Shown piece after piece: positions 48,001-51,145 of a stretch of 51,145 bases of DNA (position 1 is the stretch's first letter; each line of letters opens with the position of its first letter). The position numbers and the translations under genes were made by a program. Location of the stretch: contig CALLXS010000013.1 in NCBI GenBank assembly GCA_937875295.1, positions 1 through 51,145 on the forward strand. Direction: 5' to 3'. The notes beneath the pieces are model-generated. The model was not told the DNA's origin. It worked only from the letters and a program-made list of their open reading frames with translations, and searched no databases. Origin of the DNA: an uncultured bacterium. Its GTDB lineage: Bacteria; Bacteroidota; Ignavibacteria; Kapaibacteriales; UBA2268.

Positions 48001-48214
48001 TGAAGCAATTAAATGGTATTCTTATGCGAAAGATAATTTCTCTGGAATAGAAGATTGGTATTCATTAAGTTTACTAAGTCTGGGAGAATGTTACGAAAGA
48101 ACCGAAGATTATATTTCTGCACGTGATATTTATAGTGCTTTATCTCAATTAAGAAAAGACGATGAATATGGCAATGAAGCTGCTCGTAGATTAAAAAGTA
48201 TTTTAAAGAAATAA
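45086..48214 (+). CDS. Very large tetratricopeptide-repeat protein (YbgF/BamD-type TPR modules)
   Basis: N-terminal signal peptide, with a possible lipobox AVGC. At least eleven modules end in [YF]P-x-S-x-[YF]: YPNSKYSDDALY, YPYSNY, YPDSRI, FPNSKRVEESYY, FPNSKFASEVY, YPKSSYSDNALY, YPQSSLVPNAQY, YPSSDIAGDAL, FPKSEKNPEVYY, FPESEYAPMSF, YPENSMASQAL, YPESEYAVLSRY. Confidence 0.85.
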   Translation: MKYILMILIAVGCIGVANGKSEDFYSIRGEAYQFDKVLELYDAKLINQAEQNILSHIKQYDGPYSEHKQLMLLAEIDLYNNNFKLADRKLEDFEHYYTNSPFLSSAVLYRAYIAFQLKDFENAEKHFQKAFNIAVDDYNTRKDSIYNNYAEEAIYWRGVSLYHLGRYNEAQTSFLECNRNYPNSKYSDDALYALGMISEINKNFDKAISYYKTLSSKYPYSNYIVSSKIREANNYLILRDPSNAIITLDNLSNILERVNNNKDDGNKYEKQVNLENSDEEVIYLKAEAYNLYGNYSEAEKYYNLFIEKYPDSRIINYVRLGLGRIFLEKNDYNGAIAKFDDIITSGIELNQSLLSQAKLLRAVAQKKSGNLKDAKKEFLALSLQPDFALHSDAMYELALIYYEEKDYTKSIKTLIDAEKRAEDAQQKIKLHLLLGANYLEEKQWPDALNIYRSAEQLAQKSSDVYLAKRNWYIGEARLKQGIALVNLAKYREAIFPLQTFIADHKDDPRLDEATFWLSEAFYRANMIKNASENYNKLITKFPNSKRVEESYYGLAWTYFRQQKFNESSKIFDQMMKLFPNSKFASEVYSRQGDGYYLTKRFTEAVSAYQKALKVSEDSDEGQYCSYQIAHSYFKMGSYDQAVTALLNFVKRYPKSSYSDNALYLVGWIYFQRDRYTESIERFKYLLEVYPQSSLVPNAQYSIGDAYYNLGNFDAAITEYKKVIEKYPSSDIAGDALRSIQYALESLGRTDDAIAITDVFIKANPESPFAEDLRMKKGELFYSGKKYSDAISEYNEFVKAFPKSEKNPEVYYWMAKSYLNIGDTVNTLKMFEEVYTRFPESEYAPMSFLESGLFYKDINRIIQAETQFNELVKRYPENSMASQALFEVSTIRISIGDTTDGINLNKKILTEYPESEYAVLSRYRLATFYKLKNNMDSAIVHYAILAKNELNTVVAAESAYRLGEYYKYIPNYPEAIKWYSYAKDNFSGIEDWYSLSLLSLGECYERTEDYISARDIYSALSQLRKDDEYGNEAARRLKSILKK

Positions 48215-48266
48215 AATAAATCTTAAAATTAAGAATTGAAATATTGAAAATTTATTAAGAATCAAA

Positions 48267-49928
48267 ATGAAAAATAAATATTATTATATTTACTTAATAT
48301 CCCTATTTTTTATCATAAATAGTACTTTTGCTCAAGAGCAAAATACAAATAATAGCAGTCAAAAAGGTTCAGAGCAAAATAAAGCCCAAAAACCTAATGA
48401 AACTACAAATCATCCACTTGAATTCCCAAGTATGACTGTAGAGGGGAAAGAGCAACTAAAAGTGCAATCCGGAGTAAAACAATACCCCATAAGAGTGCAA
48501 CCGCTTAGTCCAGCTCAAATTGATTCAATTAGTCCTGTGCATAAGCAACAGGCATTGTTAATTCCTGCAAAACCACTTATTTCTAATATTATTTCTCGGA
48601 ATTTTAAAAATAATTATTTAAACGTTTTTGCTGGAAATTTTCTTACTTTGAATGCTGATGCCGGATTACAACATATAATTGATAATTTTACTTTAGGCTT
48701 AGATTTACATGCTTTCTATACTGATGGGCATATAAAAAATGCAGAAGAATTTGATGCTGGATTTAATTTTGATTTAAGTTATTTAGCTCCTCGTAAATAT
48801 TGGATATTTGGAGGGAGCAAAGTAAAGGCTTTCGCCGATCTAAATGTAGATAATTATAATATGTACGCTATGGATACTGCATTCGGAAGGAAAGCTTTTG
48901 ATTTTGATTTCGGGATAAAAAGTGATGGAGAATTTCAGGGGTTTCAATATTCTACTGGTGCTTCTTATGATATTTTTAATATTAATCATAATAATGATTT
49001 AGCCGAAAATAGTAATATAAAGGGTTTTTTATCCATTCGTAAACTTATTGACACCAATATCGTACTTCTTGCTAATGGAAGTGTGAGATTTGGGACTTCA
49101 TTCGGCACGCCTAATAATTTTATTAATTTTAATGGTGGTGCTCAAATGAAATTTAGTAAATTTATAATTGATATGTTAGCCGGAGTGCAATCCACAGGAA
49201 GCACTGATAAAATTCAAAGGGCTAATCTAGCAATAATTGGAAATGTACAATATTTGCTCAATAAATTATTTACTATCTCAGCTGGTGTAAATATGAATTT
49301 TGAAGATTATGATTTTAGAGATTCTTGGGAAATTAATAAATTTATTGAGCATAAATCAAAACTCGATTTTCCTTATGAAAGAGCAATTAAAGCTGCTATT
49401 AACTTTCATCCAAATGAAATTACAATGTTTTCAGCTGGGCTTAAATTATCTCTAACAGATAGATTTAAATATTTTCTAATCAATGATAACAAAATATTTA
49501 ACATAGAATATGCAGATGCCTCCGGATTTAATCTTTTTGCTAAAGGGAGCTTATTATTAAATAAATATGGTGATATTTCTGCCGAAATAAATTATAGAAA
49601 CGTATCTTATAATAATTCTAATGATAATAGCAAATTATTGCCAAATATTGCACCTTTTGATATATTATTAGCATATAATAATGATTGGGGTAAAAAAATT
49701 GGCACTAAACTTGAAATTAATTACATTGGAAAAAGATACGAAGATATGGCAAATCAAAAAGAAGTGAATGGTTTTATTAATTTAGCAATTAAAGTATCAT
49801 ATAAATTATTAGATAATTTAACAGTTTATTTAAAAGGTGATAATTTATTGAATCAAAATAGGTATTTTTGGGGACCATATCGTGATAGAGATTTATTCTT
49901 AAGCGTTGGTGCTTTGTGGCAATTTTAA
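48267..49928 (+). CDS. Outer-membrane beta-barrel protein of unknown function
   Basis: Signal peptide YIYLISLFFIINSTFAQ and a low-complexity N/Q/K linker, followed by ~450 aa of alternating beta pattern. The C-terminus SVGALWQF is an OMP-type terminal Phe. Confidence 0.6.
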   Translation: MKNKYYYIYLISLFFIINSTFAQEQNTNNSSQKGSEQNKAQKPNETTNHPLEFPSMTVEGKEQLKVQSGVKQYPIRVQPLSPAQIDSISPVHKQQALLIPAKPLISNIISRNFKNNYLNVFAGNFLTLNADAGLQHIIDNFTLGLDLHAFYTDGHIKNAEEFDAGFNFDLSYLAPRKYWIFGGSKVKAFADLNVDNYNMYAMDTAFGRKAFDFDFGIKSDGEFQGFQYSTGASYDIFNINHNNDLAENSNIKGFLSIRKLIDTNIVLLANGSVRFGTSFGTPNNFINFNGGAQMKFSKFIIDMLAGVQSTGSTDKIQRANLAIIGNVQYLLNKLFTISAGVNMNFEDYDFRDSWEINKFIEHKSKLDFPYERAIKAAINFHPNEITMFSAGLKLSLTDRFKYFLINDNKIFNIEYADASGFNLFAKGSLLLNKYGDISAEINYRNVSYNNSNDNSKLLPNIAPFDILLAYNNDWGKKIGTKLEINYIGKRYEDMANQKEVNGFINLAIKVSYKLLDNLTVYLKGDNLLNQNRYFWGPYRDRDLFLSVGALWQF

Positions 49929-49964
49929 TAATTGATTAATATTAAAAAATTATTTTCGACAAAA

Positions 49965-51145
49965 ATGGATATTTTTAAAAAAGACGAATTAAGAAACGAA
50001 GAATCATTAGGAGGTTTCAGCATACAAAGCGAGACAGATGATACTTTTTCGCTTAATGGGAAGGAGAAATATCCTGATGAAATATCAAGCCTAAATATTG
50101 AAACTGATAATTATCAAGTATTTGCAGAAGAGCAACCAGAAGCGATAAGTAATTTTGATGAATCAGAAGATATTATAGAGGATAAAACCGAAGTAGAAAT
50201 ATCTGAAAATACTTCTGAAGACAATGATATTTTGAACGAAAATATAACTGATGAAAATTTAGAGAACGAAAATATAGTAGATGATAGCTCTTCTTCAATA
50301 ACTGAAAATGAAGAAATAAATGATGATGCTACATTTGACTCTGAAGAATCAGTTATACCAAAAGAATTTGTCGATATTGATTCCTCTCCTGATGCAGTCG
50401 AAATCGATATAAATAATCTGTATCCTGAGCATCCGTCGCATATAGGAATAGATGCGAAAACTCCAGAACCTATTGCTCCAATACCTGTAGTAGCAACAAA
50501 AAAAGCTAGGAAATTAAAGGAAAAAAAGGTAAAAGAGAAAAAAGTTAAAGAAAAATTACCAAAAGAAGAAAAAGAAAAATCTAAAAGAAAGATTTTACCA
50601 ATATTGATTCCTATAGCTGCTGCAGCATTACTTTTTATGTTGCTTACATTTGGTGATTATAAATATGGTATTTTAAACAATAATTTAAGTAATGCACTGA
50701 ATTTACATAAAAATGATACTTTGCAAAATGATAAAAATCATAAAGAAATAGCTAAAAGTATCAGATATAAAGATTCTGTCCTATTAGCAAAAGCACTTGA
50801 AAAAAAACAGCTAGATGCTAAATGGGCTGAAAAACAAAGAATTCTCGATTCAATAAATAAACAAAATGATACAATTTCACTTGCGAATAGTGATAGTAAC
50901 GTTCTTGATATTAAAAAGAAAAAGCAAGATTCAGTGATTGCTCTAAAGTTAGAAAAAGAAAAACTTAATGAAGCAGCTAGACTGAAGCGACTCGAAAAAC
51001 AAAAAGCTGTGGAATTGGAAAAGCAGAAGAAACAAGAAGCAATTCAATTAGCACTCTTAGAGAAGAAGAAACGTAATGAAGCAGATAGATTGAAGCGACT
51101 CGAAAAACAAAAAGCTGTGGAATTGGAAAAGCAGAAGAAACAAGA
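49965..51145 (+). CDS. Bitopic TolA-like repeat protein, 3'-partial (runs off the window)
   Basis: Not in the ORF track because it has no stop; I translated it by hand and the frame is open from ATG 49965 to the window end. It has an acidic N-terminal ~170 aa, a K-rich stretch KKARKLKEKKVKEKKVKEKLPKEEKEKSKRK, then a TM helix ILPILIPIAAAALLFMLLTF. A K/E/L/A-rich coiled coil with a 36-aa repeat follows. Confidence 0.7.
   Translation, partial: MDIFKKDELRNEESLGGFSIQSETDDTFSLNGKEKYPDEISSLNIETDNYQVFAEEQPEAISNFDESEDIIEDKTEVEISENTSEDNDILNENITDENLENENIVDDSSSSITENEEINDDATFDSEESVIPKEFVDIDSSPDAVEIDINNLYPEHPSHIGIDAKTPEPIAPIPVVATKKARKLKEKKVKEKKVKEKLPKEEKEKSKRKILPILIPIAAAALLFMLLTFGDYKYGILNNNLSNALNLHKNDTLQNDKNHKEIAKSIRYKDSVLLAKALEKKQLDAKWAEKQRILDSINKQNDTISLANSDSNVLDIKKKKQDSVIALKLEKEKLNEAARLKRLEKQKAVELEKQKKQEAIQLALLEKKKRNEADRLKRLEKQKAVELEKQKKQ
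50967..51145 (+). repeat. Intragenic tandem repeat, 108-nt period (36 aa), at least two units, truncated by the window end
   Basis: nt 50967-51037 and 51075-51145 are identical at 69 of 71 positions (aatgaagcag[c/a]tagac/ttgaagcgactcgaaaaacaaaaagctgtggaattggaaaagcagaagaaacaaga). They encode NEA(A/D)RLKRLEKQKAVELEKQKKQE. Confidence 0.9.

Noticed and set aside
1-51145. CRISPR arrays, tRNA/rRNA genes, transposases, integrases, phage or defence-system genes, alternative genetic code
   Set aside because: I saw no regularly spaced direct repeats, no GC-rich cloverleaf-sized islands other than rnpB and the terminators, and no recombinase, nuclease or ATPase-type accessory genes. TAA, TAG and TGA are all used as stops at the ends of well-supported genes.

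Overview
This is a visibly AT-rich chromosomal segment from a diderm bacterium and is almost entirely protein-coding. Three proteins end in type-A T9SS C-terminal sorting domains, which points to the FCB group. A flagellar-type chemotaxis set (CheR, two CheY-like receivers, a CheZ-like protein, an orphan Hpt) sits alongside them, so an Ignavibacteria-like lineage fits better than classical Bacteroidota; this is inference only. Most of the content is housekeeping or cell-envelope related. It includes two polysaccharide-export modules (Wza/SLBB paralogues, a Wzi-like OMP, Wzz, rfbB, and a distant rfbC). It also includes glgA with a clipped glgC fragment, etfBA, an orphan mlaE, ftsQAZ, panB, coaE, glmS, a U32-family protein and proline dehydrogenase. 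A secreted GH31 enzyme, a BNR-repeat protein, nif3 plus a DUF164-type zinc-ribbon gene, and a clear type-A RNase P RNA (rnpB) are also present. The window ends with a very large TPR protein, an OMP and a TolA-like repeat protein. I found no tRNA, rRNA, CRISPR array, transposase, integrase, phage gene or recognisable defence gene, so this reads as core genome rather than an accessory island. I cannot point to a convincing new multi-gene system. The most unusual items are a CheZ-like protein with three tandem CheY-docking-like motifs inside a cheA-less mini-cluster, and a T9SS cargo gene whose sorting domain is split off by a frameshift at an A5 run. Two others are a junction at the window start where a glgC fragment meets a Wza paralogue lacking a signal peptide, and the terminal TPR/OMP/repeat-protein module. 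All homology calls come from motif recognition by eye, not from database searches.
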